Below the pieces are notes generated by a model that saw only the letters and a program-made list of their open reading frames with translations, ran no database searches and was not told the origin of the DNA. 63,898 nucleotides of DNA from assembly GCA_002729095.1 (NCBI GenBank), contig PBWC01000058.1, forward strand, positions 30,931 to 94,828, given 5' to 3'. Shown piece by piece: positions 1 to 8,572 of this stretch. Position 1 is the stretch's first letter, and every line of letters starts with the position of its first letter. This DNA comes from Methanobacteriota archaeon. Lineage in GTDB: Archaea > Thermoplasmatota > Poseidoniia > Poseidoniales > Poseidoniaceae. The translations under genes were made by a program, and so were the position numbers.

Positions 1-782
1 CCGATTAGTACAGTTATGACTCCAATAATTTGGGCAAGAATCGCACACGAGCGAAAACTTTTGCCTAATAGTTGAGCCGTAGCGGCGGGTGCAACAATAA
101 GTGCAGTAACTAGTAAGACTCCAACAATTTGCACCATACTAACAACGATTGAAGCGGTAAGGATACTGAAGTAGAGATTTATCAAACGTACAGGCAATCC
201 TTGAACTTTAGCAGCTATTGGATCAATAGATATAGCTAATAAACTCTGGTATAAACACAACATCGAGATATATCCAATAATACCTACAGCCGAAATTAAA
301 TTGAAACTTTCAGCATCAACCATTAACATATCTCCATATAGATACCCATCGACTGTAGAATTTGCAGCCCCTCCCCATATACGCATCAAAACTAGTCCTA
401 AACCTAGCATACCCGTTAGGAAAATTCCTATCGCAGTATCACCAGTAATAATTCCATAAGTCTGTAAAAGATCTATTGATATTGCCGCTATTATGCTAAT
501 AATTAATGCATACCATAAGGGCCCAATTCCGCCAAAAATTATTCCTACAACGATTGCACCAAATGATACATGCGCTAATCCATCACCTATTAAAGCAAGA
601 TTTCTTATCAACAAGAATGTTCCAATAAAACCTGCAACAATAGCAACGATAAATGAAGCAACCAAAGGTCTATGGAAATATTCTAGAAGGAAATAGGATG
701 GGAAAAATTCTCCAGGCATATAACTGCCCAATTCTTTCAAGATTGGAGCCAGTTTGTAAATCACAAAATCTCCAATCCACAT
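1..782 (-). CDS. znuB: ABC-3 family metal (Zn/Mn-type) ABC transporter permease, 3'-truncated by the window edge
   Basis: Absent from the ORF track because it runs off the window. My reverse-strand translation from the ATG at 782..780 reads MWIGDFVIYKLAPILKELGSYMPGEFFPSYFLLEYFHRPLVASFIVAIVAGFIGTFLLIRNLALIGDGLAHVSFGAIVVG... with no stop down to position 1. The start lies 1 nt after the TGA of the upstream ATPase gene. Confidence 0.8.
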   Translation of the reverse strand, partial: MWIGDFVIYKLAPILKELGSYMPGEFFPSYFLLEYFHRPLVASFIVAIVAGFIGTFLLIRNLALIGDGLAHVSFGAIVVGIIFGGIGPLWYALIISIIAAISIDLLQTYGIITGDTAIGIFLTGMLGLGLVLMRIWGGAANSTVDGYLYGDMLMVDAESFNLISAVGIIGYISMLCLYQSLLAISIDPIAAKVQGLPVRLINLYFSILTASIVVSMVQIVGVLLVTALIVAPAATAQLLGKSFRSCAILAQIIGVITVLI

Positions 783-783
783 C

Positions 784-1629
784 TCAATATTCACCTCCAG
801 AATTTGATATTTGGTGTACGATATTTTCTTGTTTTGATTCACTGGATTTCCTATGGTCTTCCTCACTATGTGTTGGCTTAATGCCTCTTAATTCCGCAAG
901 GCTAGACAGTTCTGGAAATTCAGAGGTAGGTCCATCAAAATGTATATTTTCCTCAAGGTAAATCATTCGATGAACTGTTTGTTTAATGGATGCTAAATCA
1001 TGAGAAATCATAATAATTGTTTTATGCTGTTCGTGGCATAAATTATCTAATAATTTCATTATTGAATTTCTTGATTCGCGATCAACTCCAACCATAGGTT
1101 CATCCATTAAAATCAAATCAGACTCTGATGCTAATGCTTTACCAATAGCGGCACGTTGTCGCTGACCCCCAGAAAGGTTCGAGATTTTAGTATTTTTATA
1201 TGCTTCAAGTCCGACAACTTTTATGATATCTTCAACTTTTTTTCTATTTCTTTTGGTCAATATTAAAAATGACTTTCTATTAAGTGAACCTAATGATATA
1301 AATTCCTTTACAGTAATTTGAACATTAGTTGGAAGTTTTGATTCAGTTTGTGGTACCCACCCGACTTTCCCAATAATTTTTTTGGAATTAGGTAATTGAT
1401 TGTATATTTTTATTGAACCCGATTTAGGTTTAAGTATTCCGAGAATGGTCATTATCAATGTACTTTTTCCACTACCGTTGGGTCCGACGATTCCAATAAA
1501 TTCGCCGCGAACTATGCTCAAATTTATGTCTTCAATTACTTTACTTCCTGAACGAAATACAGTTAGATTGGAAATACTAAGAATCTCTTCTTGGTTCTCA
1601 ACTATCGTCTTAGAGTCAGAGGTTTCCAC
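784..1629 (-). CDS. znuC: Metal ABC transporter ATP-binding protein (ZnuC-like)
   Basis: Walker A GPNGSGKST, ABC signature LSGGQRQR, Walker B LILMDEP and H-loop ISHDL. Sits between the binding-protein and permease genes on the same strand. Confidence 0.9.
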   Translation of the reverse strand: METSDSKTIVENQEEILSISNLTVFRSGSKVIEDINLSIVRGEFIGIVGPNGSGKSTLIMTILGILKPKSGSIKIYNQLPNSKKIIGKVGWVPQTESKLPTNVQITVKEFISLGSLNRKSFLILTKRNRKKVEDIIKVVGLEAYKNTKISNLSGGQRQRAAIGKALASESDLILMDEPMVGVDRESRNSIMKLLDNLCHEQHKTIIMISHDLASIKQTVHRMIYLEENIHFDGPTSEFPELSSLAELRGIKPTHSEEDHRKSSESKQENIVHQISNSGGEY

Positions 1630-1678
1630 TATATCACCTCATAGTGGTCCCAATAAAGGTCTTGTGATAATTATAGTC

Positions 1679-3994
1679 TCAAGCAGTACATCCCATACCG
1701 GTTTTCAGATTTTCAAGATTTTTATTCATCATTGTTAGATAAGTATCACTCGAATCCGAAGGAGACATCTCCATAGTATAGAGATAAAGAACCTCAACAT
1801 TTGTAGCTTGTACGATACTATTTACAGCACTTTTCTGAGTATATTCTTCAATATACAATACACTGATTTCGTCTTCTTGTATCTTTTTGATTACTTTCTC
1901 AACATCAGCAACAGAAGGTTCTCCTTCAGGGTCTAAGCCGTGGACTGTGACGAATTCGATTCCGTATCTAACAGTTAGGTATGAGTATGCATTGTGATTA
2001 GCAGCAACGGAGTTTGTTGTACAGGTACTGGATGGTCCGAAAGTATCTCTGTAATCTATGTGTATTCTATCTAGTTCAAGCATGAATTCATTTGCATTCT
2101 CAGTGAAGGTCGCATTTCCTTCAGGGAATTGCTCAATTAGGGCATCAAGAACTAACATTGCTTGAGCCTTGAAAGCAACTGGGTCAAGCCAACTATGGGG
2201 GTCGTATTCGAATTCATCTTCATCTTCATCAGCAACGATAATTGATTCAGTTCCATGGTCGTCGTGTCCGCTGTGATCGTCGTGTCCGCCGTGATCGTCG
2301 TGTCCGCCGTGATCATCATGGGATTCTTCATTCACCAATATGGATGCAGAAATATGTGATGGCAGTGCAAAACCGTAGTCTCCTTCGTTTTCGACATGTA
2401 TTGTTAGATATCCACGTGTACCATCATTTGGTGCTCCTTCCATCCACAAGTTTCCAGCGGCTTCGCAGTCAGATTGATTTGTGTTCTCTATGTTTTCGTG
2501 CGTTTCTGCATCGTGACAAATTGGATATTCGGAATGTTCGTCGTCAGTATGGTTATCGCCGTCTTCTGAATGTTCGTCGTCAGTATGGTCATCGTCTGCA
2601 TGATTATCACTTTCTTCGTTATCTCCATGGTCCGCATGGTCATCGTGACCTTCATGTGAACCATGATCGTGATGATGGTGAGCATGACCTCCTAGCATTG
2701 GTAGTGCCGCAACTTCAAAATTGGTAAAATCAGTTGAATTGGTTTCAAATTCTACTGTGTATTCACCTTCTTCAAGATGGAAAATCGCAATTACTGTGTC
2801 AGAAGAACAACCATTAGGATTTTCAATAATCTTCTCAGGTTCCACATGAGCATGACTATCGTAATCTCCGTGGTCATCATGGTCCGAGTGGTCATCATGG
2901 TCTGAATGGTCATCATCGGCATGGTCGTCTTGTGGTTCTGGAATCAACGTTAAATCAGCATTTGAAGCAGCCCAGGCAATGTGTTCAGTATCAACACCGA
3001 TTAATACAGAATCGATTCCATAATTGCTCATTTCCCACGCATCACTAGTGACATTCCATATGTATAATGACCAATACCAAGACCCATCTTCAGGAGAATC
3101 CGTTCCGTTTATTCCGGTAACACTGTGGCCAAATACTTCATGAACTGAGTAGTTTAGTAGGATATTATTCATTGTCATTGTCATATTCGTTAGGTTCCAA
3201 CCAGTAGGGTTGTCAGGTAGTAAATCATGGTCTAATTCGAATAATTGAGTTGTGTTATCTGGGTACAGTAATGCTACATGATTTACTTCTTCATGCTCGT
3301 CGTGGTCATCATCTGCATGGTCGTGTTCGTCATGCTCGTCGTGGTCGTCACTGTGATCGTGACCTTCAAGATAAGCAGCATCAGCACTAGGGAAAGTCAA
3401 ACTTTGAACTCCCTTTTCTAAATGTATTTCTAGTTGAGATGCTAGATTCTCATATGCAATGAGAGTATTAGATTCTCGATCACCTTCGGCAAGTTGTTCA
3501 CATAAATCACTCTCTAGAAGTGACTGGTAATCTGGAGTTAATTCACCAGATGGCATTGTATGAGTTTCATAGGCAGGCGGAGCATCGCTTCCTAGTGTGG
3601 ATAATGTTCCCTCAACCCAAGGTTCAAGGTTTAAGCCGTGGTAGAAAAAGACGTCACTGTTAGACAATCTAACAGTATCTTTGACAGAAGGCTTGTAGTC
3701 GTGAACAGGTATGTTGGAAGTACTCATCATTTCTACGGTTGCTGTAGGTCCGACTATTGCCGAGACAAGTTGAGCAACGTGATATGTCGAAGTCATTATT
3801 GTTCCGTAATGAGGAATAATCGTGACGTTGTCAGTAGTATTATCAGCAGTGTTATTTCCATTATCCAAATTGATGTCAGTTTCACTGTCGTCAGTAGATT
3901 CTTCTGTCACAGATTCCGATTCTAAACAACCTGCTAGGCCAGAAAAAAGCATCAAAAAACTTGCTAATAGGGCTATGTGCCAATTACTCTTCAT
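1679..3994 (-). CDS. znuA: TroA/ZnuA-type metal-binding lipoprotein with a hugely expanded His/Asp-rich loop (771 aa)
   Basis: Signal peptide with a lipobox-like LFSGLAGC. N-lobe (TSTYHVAQLVSAIVG, VHDYKPS, FFYHGLNLEPW) and C-lobe (DPHSWLDPV, ANHNAYSYL, VHGLDPEGEPS, VLYIEEY) motifs fit cluster A-I binding proteins. It is the first gene of the znu-like operon. Confidence 0.8.
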   Translation of the reverse strand: MKSNWHIALLASFLMLFSGLAGCLESESVTEESTDDSETDINLDNGNNTADNTTDNVTIIPHYGTIMTSTYHVAQLVSAIVGPTATVEMMSTSNIPVHDYKPSVKDTVRLSNSDVFFYHGLNLEPWVEGTLSTLGSDAPPAYETHTMPSGELTPDYQSLLESDLCEQLAEGDRESNTLIAYENLASQLEIHLEKGVQSLTFPSADAAYLEGHDHSDDHDEHDEHDHADDDHDEHEEVNHVALLYPDNTTQLFELDHDLLPDNPTGWNLTNMTMTMNNILLNYSVHEVFGHSVTGINGTDSPEDGSWYWSLYIWNVTSDAWEMSNYGIDSVLIGVDTEHIAWAASNADLTLIPEPQDDHADDDHSDHDDHSDHDDHGDYDSHAHVEPEKIIENPNGCSSDTVIAIFHLEEGEYTVEFETNSTDFTNFEVAALPMLGGHAHHHHDHGSHEGHDDHADHGDNEESDNHADDDHTDDEHSEDGDNHTDDEHSEYPICHDAETHENIENTNQSDCEAAGNLWMEGAPNDGTRGYLTIHVENEGDYGFALPSHISASILVNEESHDDHGGHDDHGGHDDHSGHDDHGTESIIVADEDEDEFEYDPHSWLDPVAFKAQAMLVLDALIEQFPEGNATFTENANEFMLELDRIHIDYRDTFGPSSTCTTNSVAANHNAYSYLTVRYGIEFVTVHGLDPEGEPSVADVEKVIKKIQEDEISVLYIEEYTQKSAVNSIVQATNVEVLYLYTMEMSPSDSSDTYLTMMNKNLENLKTGMGCTA
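2259..2312. repeat. Three tandem 18-nt repeats (tcgtcgtgtccgcYgtga) inside the znuA-like CDS
   Basis: Three consecutive 18-nt copies at 2259-2276, 2277-2294 and 2295-2312, with one mismatch. On the coding (minus) strand they encode the HDDHGG/HDDHSG units. Confidence 0.9.
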
Positions 3995-4027
3995 GGTTCT
4001 TCCAATCCTAATAACTATTTAACAGAT

Positions 4028-4040
4028 GTTAATAATTAAC
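4028..4040. promoter_or_regulatory. Perfect 6-1-6 inverted repeat GTTAAT-A-ATTAAC in the znuA / nikR-like divergent intergenic region; candidate operator
   Basis: The palindrome was read directly. It lies 34-46 nt upstream of the znuA ATG and 41-53 nt upstream of the regulator ATG. The region is AT-rich, so a chance palindrome is possible. Confidence 0.25.
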
Positions 4041-4080
4041 GAAATAGATATTATTATTATCGACACATCATGGCAACGCT

Positions 4081-4509
4081 ATGAGCCGGATAATTTCATT
4101 GAGTTTAGACAATGATTTCGCAGATGATTTAGATAATCTGATTGAAAAATCAGGATATAAAAATAGAAGCAAATTTCTGCGTGATGCAGCGCTTTTTTTT
4201 GCTGAAATACAACAGAGAGGCGAGTTGATGGATATGCCTGATAACATAATTTTAGAAGGTCACCTAGTGGTTTATTATCAACAAGGAAAAGATCAGAAGT
4301 TGATGGTTAATCGAAATGGTGATATTGATGTCGCTGCATACCATCATAGCAGCAGACTTGGCCATTCATGTCACTCATGTGTAGATGTTGTTCATGTTAA
4401 GGGACAGGCAAGTGATGTACGTAATGTGTTTAATCAACTCAAAAATACTCCCGACGTTGAGAAAGTTTCTTTCATCAGTGCCCCAATGCGTGGTGAAGAT
4501 TGCTGTTAG
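4081..4509 (+). CDS. NikR-family metal-responsive regulator (ribbon-helix-helix plus C-terminal metal-binding domain)
   Basis: N-terminal RHH motif RIISLSLDNDFADDLDNLIEKSGYKNRSKFLRDA. The C-terminal His/Cys cluster YHHSSRLGHSCHSCVDVVHVKG aligns by eye with the NikR HxH...C metal site. Divergent from the metal ABC operon. Confidence 0.7.
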   Translation: MSRIISLSLDNDFADDLDNLIEKSGYKNRSKFLRDAALFFAEIQQRGELMDMPDNIILEGHLVVYYQQGKDQKLMVNRNGDIDVAAYHHSSRLGHSCHSCVDVVHVKGQASDVRNVFNQLKNTPDVEKVSFISAPMRGEDCC

Positions 4510-4516
4510 TGCTAGT

Positions 4517-5122
4517 TCACTTTTTTTTAGAAGAGAATACCGACTCTACTCTGTGATAAATATCCTCTTCCAAAGCTGCAATTTTCTTGATAACCTGATT
4601 ATTGGTTGGTTTTTCTTCATTGAAGATTGGAACCATTGAAGACCAAACACCTTCGCCTTTAATCCGTGAATATATTGCTGCTAGGATGTGAATAAATATT
4701 AGCACATAACTAATATCAGCTACTGCTCCATGCAAATCTAGGGCGACGTCCATTATGGTTTGCTGTTCATCAGGAGTTGCATTGACAGTATACCCCTGGG
4801 CATACAGTCCAGCGATAATTAGACCTGATAGCGGGAGAAGTATGAAACAAGCATACATTGCCCTGTGTATTGATCTTGCAAAGTAGTAATGTACTACATG
4901 GACAGGTTCCCTAGCTCCCAAAAAGGTCTTGAAACTCCTCATGTAAGAATATCTTACAATAACAATAATCAAGAAAATGCTGGCAAAAAGAATTTCAAAA
5001 AGTAGGATTTTTTTCTCTTCTAGTTCATCTAACTCGTTTACCTGTTTGAAAATTCCATAGACATAGAGAATTACGAAACCCCAGTGTAAGAATTTTGCGA
5101 AAGTTGTATGGGATTGAGACAT
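4517..5122 (-). CDS. Cytochrome b561-family membrane protein (CybB-like)
   Basis: Four predicted TM helices with His placed as in b561/Ni-hydrogenase b-type cytochromes (FAKFLHWGFVILY, SIHRAMYACFILLPLSG, DLHGAVADISYVLIFIHILAAIY). Confidence 0.6.
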   Translation of the reverse strand: MSQSHTTFAKFLHWGFVILYVYGIFKQVNELDELEEKKILLFEILFASIFLIIVIVRYSYMRSFKTFLGAREPVHVVHYYFARSIHRAMYACFILLPLSGLIIAGLYAQGYTVNATPDEQQTIMDVALDLHGAVADISYVLIFIHILAAIYSRIKGEGVWSSMVPIFNEEKPTNNQVIKKIAALEEDIYHRVESVFSSKKK

Positions 5123-5161
5123 GTTAGTTCGATTTGCTATTTTGTAATTTTCCAGGTAAAA

Positions 5162-5524
5162 CTATGCAGCTTTTACTCCTTCAGGCCATAAAACTAGAAT
5201 CAAAGTTTTCCCACGTGTCTTTGGTGTGTGGGTAGTTTCTCTGTTCATCCATACTATTGAGCCAGTAGGATATGTCCCATCTTCATCCCAAACTTCTCCT
5301 TCAAGGACAAGGTATGCTTCCCCACCTGGATGCATGTGAGGCATGAAAGCATCAACTGTTACTTCGGAGTCTGCTTCGTACAAAACTAAAGATGTTTTTT
5401 CTTCTCTTTTCAACTTGCCAAGTTTGACACCAGTTTCAAAATCTCTCCAAGAAATATTATTTTCTAACCACTCTTTGTCAATATTGAAACTCAACCAATC
5501 AGACATATCATGCGTGAAGACCAT
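5162..5524 (-). CDS. Cupin-domain protein
   Basis: 120 aa with the cupin motif HMHPGGEAYLVLEGEV and a second motif region GSIVWMNRETTH. Confidence 0.6.
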   Translation of the reverse strand: MVFTHDMSDWLSFNIDKEWLENNISWRDFETGVKLGKLKREEKTSLVLYEADSEVTVDAFMPHMHPGGEAYLVLEGEVWDEDGTYPTGSIVWMNRETTHTPKTRGKTLILVLWPEGVKAA

Positions 5525-5565
5525 GTCAACCCCAGAACTAACTACTTCATATTAATTAGGAACAT

Positions 5566-6438
5566 TTGCACGGTAGGTTTGAAGACTTAAATTTAGAGCG
5601 AGGTATGAAGCCCATGTCTGTTAAAGCAATTGGATTTCCGGAAATTCCCCCAGCAGGACCTTGGGATTCTTATGTTTTGGTAATAATTTGGTTGCCTTTA
5701 GTGATGAGAATTCTGCTTCTCTTGGCCCCATTTCGCAAGGCGATATCGAAATTAGCCCCTCACACCGGGTGGGCTTTAAAACAATTGAAAAATCTCCCTA
5801 TTCGAGGGTTTGGATTACTTGCTTTAAATGAAATTTTAGCATTTATGATACCCCCTATTCTTGTTCTATTGGTTCGTTTTTGGAGTGATCCGATAGGTTG
5901 GCAAAAATGGTCTGATGTATCTAATCTCGGAGGCTCAATTCTTCTATTGTGTTTATTCATATGGATTTCTCTAGATATGCTTAGAATTGCCAGAGTTCGT
6001 AGAATGCTAGTTGCTATCGAGAAGCATGATGTAAATAAACTGAGAAAAGTAGCAGATGCAGGATTATCTGTAAGGAGTTGGTTGAGGAAGTTTGGTCGAA
6101 AGAAAGACGGAGATAAACCAAAAGAAAATCAAGCCATAGTCAAAGATGCAGGAAGTAAAATCGCTAAATCGAGTTTGAAAATATGGGGTGCTAGAGCATT
6201 ACTAGCTCGTCGATTAACACCTGCTGGGTTGATCTCAAGCATAGCTTATGGTGCCGCGGTTGAAGTTGCTAGGGCAGGAGCTGAGAAGGCTTCAGATTTG
6301 GTAGATAAAAAGATGCAAGAGGAATTTGACAAGATTGCTGATTTCAATTCAAAAACGCTTTTACTTTTATTTACTAGAGATTTGCTAATGGGAATAATTC
6401 CAATTTTGATACTTTGGTTTTTACCTAAAGTAGTTTGA
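5566..6438 (+). CDS. Hypothetical membrane protein (start uncertain: TTG at 5566 or ATG at 5605)
   Basis: Long ORF with several hydrophobic helices, a charged helical segment and a final TM helix. No family recognised. Confidence 0.5.
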   Translation: MHGRFEDLNLERGMKPMSVKAIGFPEIPPAGPWDSYVLVIIWLPLVMRILLLLAPFRKAISKLAPHTGWALKQLKNLPIRGFGLLALNEILAFMIPPILVLLVRFWSDPIGWQKWSDVSNLGGSILLLCLFIWISLDMLRIARVRRMLVAIEKHDVNKLRKVADAGLSVRSWLRKFGRKKDGDKPKENQAIVKDAGSKIAKSSLKIWGARALLARRLTPAGLISSIAYGAAVEVARAGAEKASDLVDKKMQEEFDKIADFNSKTLLLLFTRDLLMGIIPILILWFLPKVV

Positions 6439-6491
6439 TTATCCATTATATTGATGTTCATTCGACTTCTGCATTGGTGTAGGGGAACTCA

Positions 6492-7199
6492 TTGTCACTA
6501 CTCATTTTGATGCGCCACGGCCAATCTATGTGGAATGCTGCTAAACTTTTCACCGGATGGGTTGATGTCCCTCTTACCAAGAAAGGCATCGATGAAGCAA
6601 TCCAGGGAGGGCGAGAGATTGCTGATATACCAATTGATGAGGTCTATGTATCTACACTTATTCGTGCTCAAATGACGGCAATGCTTGCTTTATCGCAGCA
6701 CAATAGTGATAAAACTCCAGTTTTCCAATATCCTGTGCCTAAAAATGGGATTAAGAATGTTTCAGAAAATGAAGAAAAAATGATTAATTGGTCACAAGTA
6801 AATGCTGAACAGGGAGAACAAAACATTCTACCAGTACACGTATCTTGGCAATTGAATGAAAGAATGTATGGCGATCTACAGGGTTTGAATAAAGATTCTA
6901 CCAGAGAAAAATATGGAGCAGAACAGGTACATATCTGGCGTCGTTCATATGATGTCCCTCCTCCAAATGGTGAATCTCTTGAATTGACTGCACAGAGGAC
7001 ATTACCCTATCTTCAATCGGAAATATTACCAAAACTCAAATCGGGAAAAAATATCTTTATTGCCGCCCATGGTAATTCGCTTAGAAGTATAATCATGGAT
7101 TTAGAAAATTTATCTAGAGAAGAGGTTCTATCCTTAGAAGTGCCAACAGGAGTACCAATTATCTATCAATATGAAGATTCTAAATGGATTAGATTGTAA
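6492..7199 (+). CDS. gpmA: 2,3-bisphosphoglycerate-dependent phosphoglycerate mutase
   Basis: The catalytic motif LMRHGQSMWN, followed by FTGWVDVPLT, ERMYGDLQGLNK and AAHGNSLR, is typical of dPGM. Uses a TTG start. Confidence 0.9.
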   Translation: MSLLILMRHGQSMWNAAKLFTGWVDVPLTKKGIDEAIQGGREIADIPIDEVYVSTLIRAQMTAMLALSQHNSDKTPVFQYPVPKNGIKNVSENEEKMINWSQVNAEQGEQNILPVHVSWQLNERMYGDLQGLNKDSTREKYGAEQVHIWRRSYDVPPPNGESLELTAQRTLPYLQSEILPKLKSGKNIFIAAHGNSLRSIIMDLENLSREEVLSLEVPTGVPIIYQYEDSKWIRL

Positions 7200-7245
7200 A
7201 AGTCTGGAAACTCTATTTTTTAATATATAACATCCTGATTGCTCC

Positions 7246-7737
7246 ATGCGGATGTCTCTTTCAAACGCATCAAATCCAGTTAAGGTTTTATTATTAATTG
7301 GGGTATTAATCTCACCTTGGTTATTTTCGCAAGCAGTAATTTTTGTTATTGCTAGTGACCAAGAAATTGAATCCATGCCTATTTGTGAAAGCAATAGCGG
7401 TAACTGTGCTCATCTGGGTGGGGGGGAGAACTACCGAATCAATAACTCACTACCAACACAAATTGACATTAATTCCTCACAAGCGTGGGTAATAATTTCA
7501 AATTATATCGAGGACAACAACGGTAAAATTTTGATTGAAAATGGTAATGGAATAAACTACTATGTTCACTTCGTAGAGAAAACAAGTTTTTGGAATTTTC
7601 CTGATGATGTAGTAATTCAAATTAGTGGCAATGACGAAGGATGTGTTATTGAAATTCACTCTGAATCTAGGCTCGGTTGGGGAGATTTAGGGATTAACCC
7701 AGAGAGGATTAACAAGATTCATGAATTACTTGTATGA
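7246..7737 (+). CDS. DUF1499-family protein with an N-terminal signal/anchor
   Basis: The C-terminal region FPDDVVIQISGNDEGCVIEIHSESRLGWGDLGINPERINKIHELL matches the conserved core of DUF1499 as I recall it (FvDDvef...RSaSR.G.sDlGvN..R). Confidence 0.55.
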   Translation: MRMSLSNASNPVKVLLLIGVLISPWLFSQAVIFVIASDQEIESMPICESNSGNCAHLGGGENYRINNSLPTQIDINSSQAWVIISNYIEDNNGKILIENGNGINYYVHFVEKTSFWNFPDDVVIQISGNDEGCVIEIHSESRLGWGDLGINPERINKIHELLV

Positions 7738-8516
7738 ATCGATTTTATTTTTTCCCATCCATAAGGAAAACCATCATCATCAATTAGAATTACATTTACA
7801 GCCAAGCCACTTTTGTGGAATGCTATTAATTGAATTTCGTGGATTTTATGACCACTTGGTGCAATTCCAATTACCTGTAAATCTTTATTCGAACCAAACC
7901 ATCTTCTTTTTGGTTTCTCAGACTTAATTGGTTTTGCTTCATCACCTAGTATTCTCCTAACCCCTTCAACAGCGTCAAACCAAGGAAGGGGGCCTTCAGG
8001 AGAGAATCTTAAGCCTAGAATCATGTCTACTCCTTGCGTTTCTTGAGCCGCATCAGCATCGGCTTCACTAGGAATTGCGGGCGCGTTTGGATGAGTGTGA
8101 AGCCAATGTGTGAATCTACCTGCCCTAGACCCACGACTTGAAGAAAAAATGTCATCAGTCCAATCTTCAGGCAAGTGGTGTACTGAAAAGGAGTTACCTC
8201 TGTTAACTATATGCGCTTCACTGATACAGTAACCCTGACTCTGAAATAATCCGTCAACATTTTGCTCACTTCTGAAGAATTCTTCTACCTCTTGGTTATG
8301 AGGTGAATTTGGGTCAACGTCCATTCCAATTAGAATTTCATCAGGTAGAGATTTGAGTGCCCACCATATTAGTTTTTGAAATAAATTGCCACGCAAATGA
8401 ATCTGAGCAGTGTAGGAATTTTTAGCTTCAAATGAATCTAAATTATACGATGACATCAGTTCTTCTAGCCACTGTTCTATCATCCCACTCAACCTTCCCA
8501 AGTGTTTCTTACTCAT
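7719..8516 (-). CDS. JAMM/MPN+ metalloprotease-domain protein with an unassigned N-terminal region of about 140 aa
   Basis: Complete JAMM motif HTHPNAPAIPSEAD (H-x-H-x7-S-x2-D), encoded at about 8052..8108, with an upstream Glu (CISEAH). Confidence 0.7.
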   Translation of the reverse strand: MSKKHLGRLSGMIEQWLEELMSSYNLDSFEAKNSYTAQIHLRGNLFQKLIWWALKSLPDEILIGMDVDPNSPHNQEVEEFFRSEQNVDGLFQSQGYCISEAHIVNRGNSFSVHHLPEDWTDDIFSSSRGSRAGRFTHWLHTHPNAPAIPSEADADAAQETQGVDMILGLRFSPEGPLPWFDAVEGVRRILGDEAKPIKSEKPKRRWFGSNKDLQVIGIAPSGHKIHEIQLIAFHKSGLAVNVILIDDDGFPYGWEKIKSIHTSNS

Positions 8517-8572
8517 GAAAAGTATGTAATTTGAATGATTAATTTGATATTATTCTAACTGTTCCGTTAGGC

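Noticed and set aside
493-961. Two plus-strand ORFs (493..696 and 653..961) at the left edge
   Set aside because: They are antisense to the clearly recognisable znuB-like permease and the znuC 3' end. Their translations are low-complexity with no motifs, so they are artefacts of the opposite-strand coding frame.
2242-2727. ORFs 2242..2727 (+) and 2488..2685 (-) inside the znuA-like gene
   Set aside because: They arise from alternative-frame or antisense reading of the GAT/CAT-rich His/Asp tracts, giving Arg/Val-rich or Thr/Met/Ile-rich nonsense. The long in-frame znuA ORF explains the region.
4510-4530. T8 run after the NikR-like gene as an archaeal oligo-T terminator
   Set aside because: This is plausible, but the T-run (4521..4529) lies inside the 3' coding end of the convergent cytochrome b561 gene (encoding KKK). 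It cannot be separated from coding constraint.
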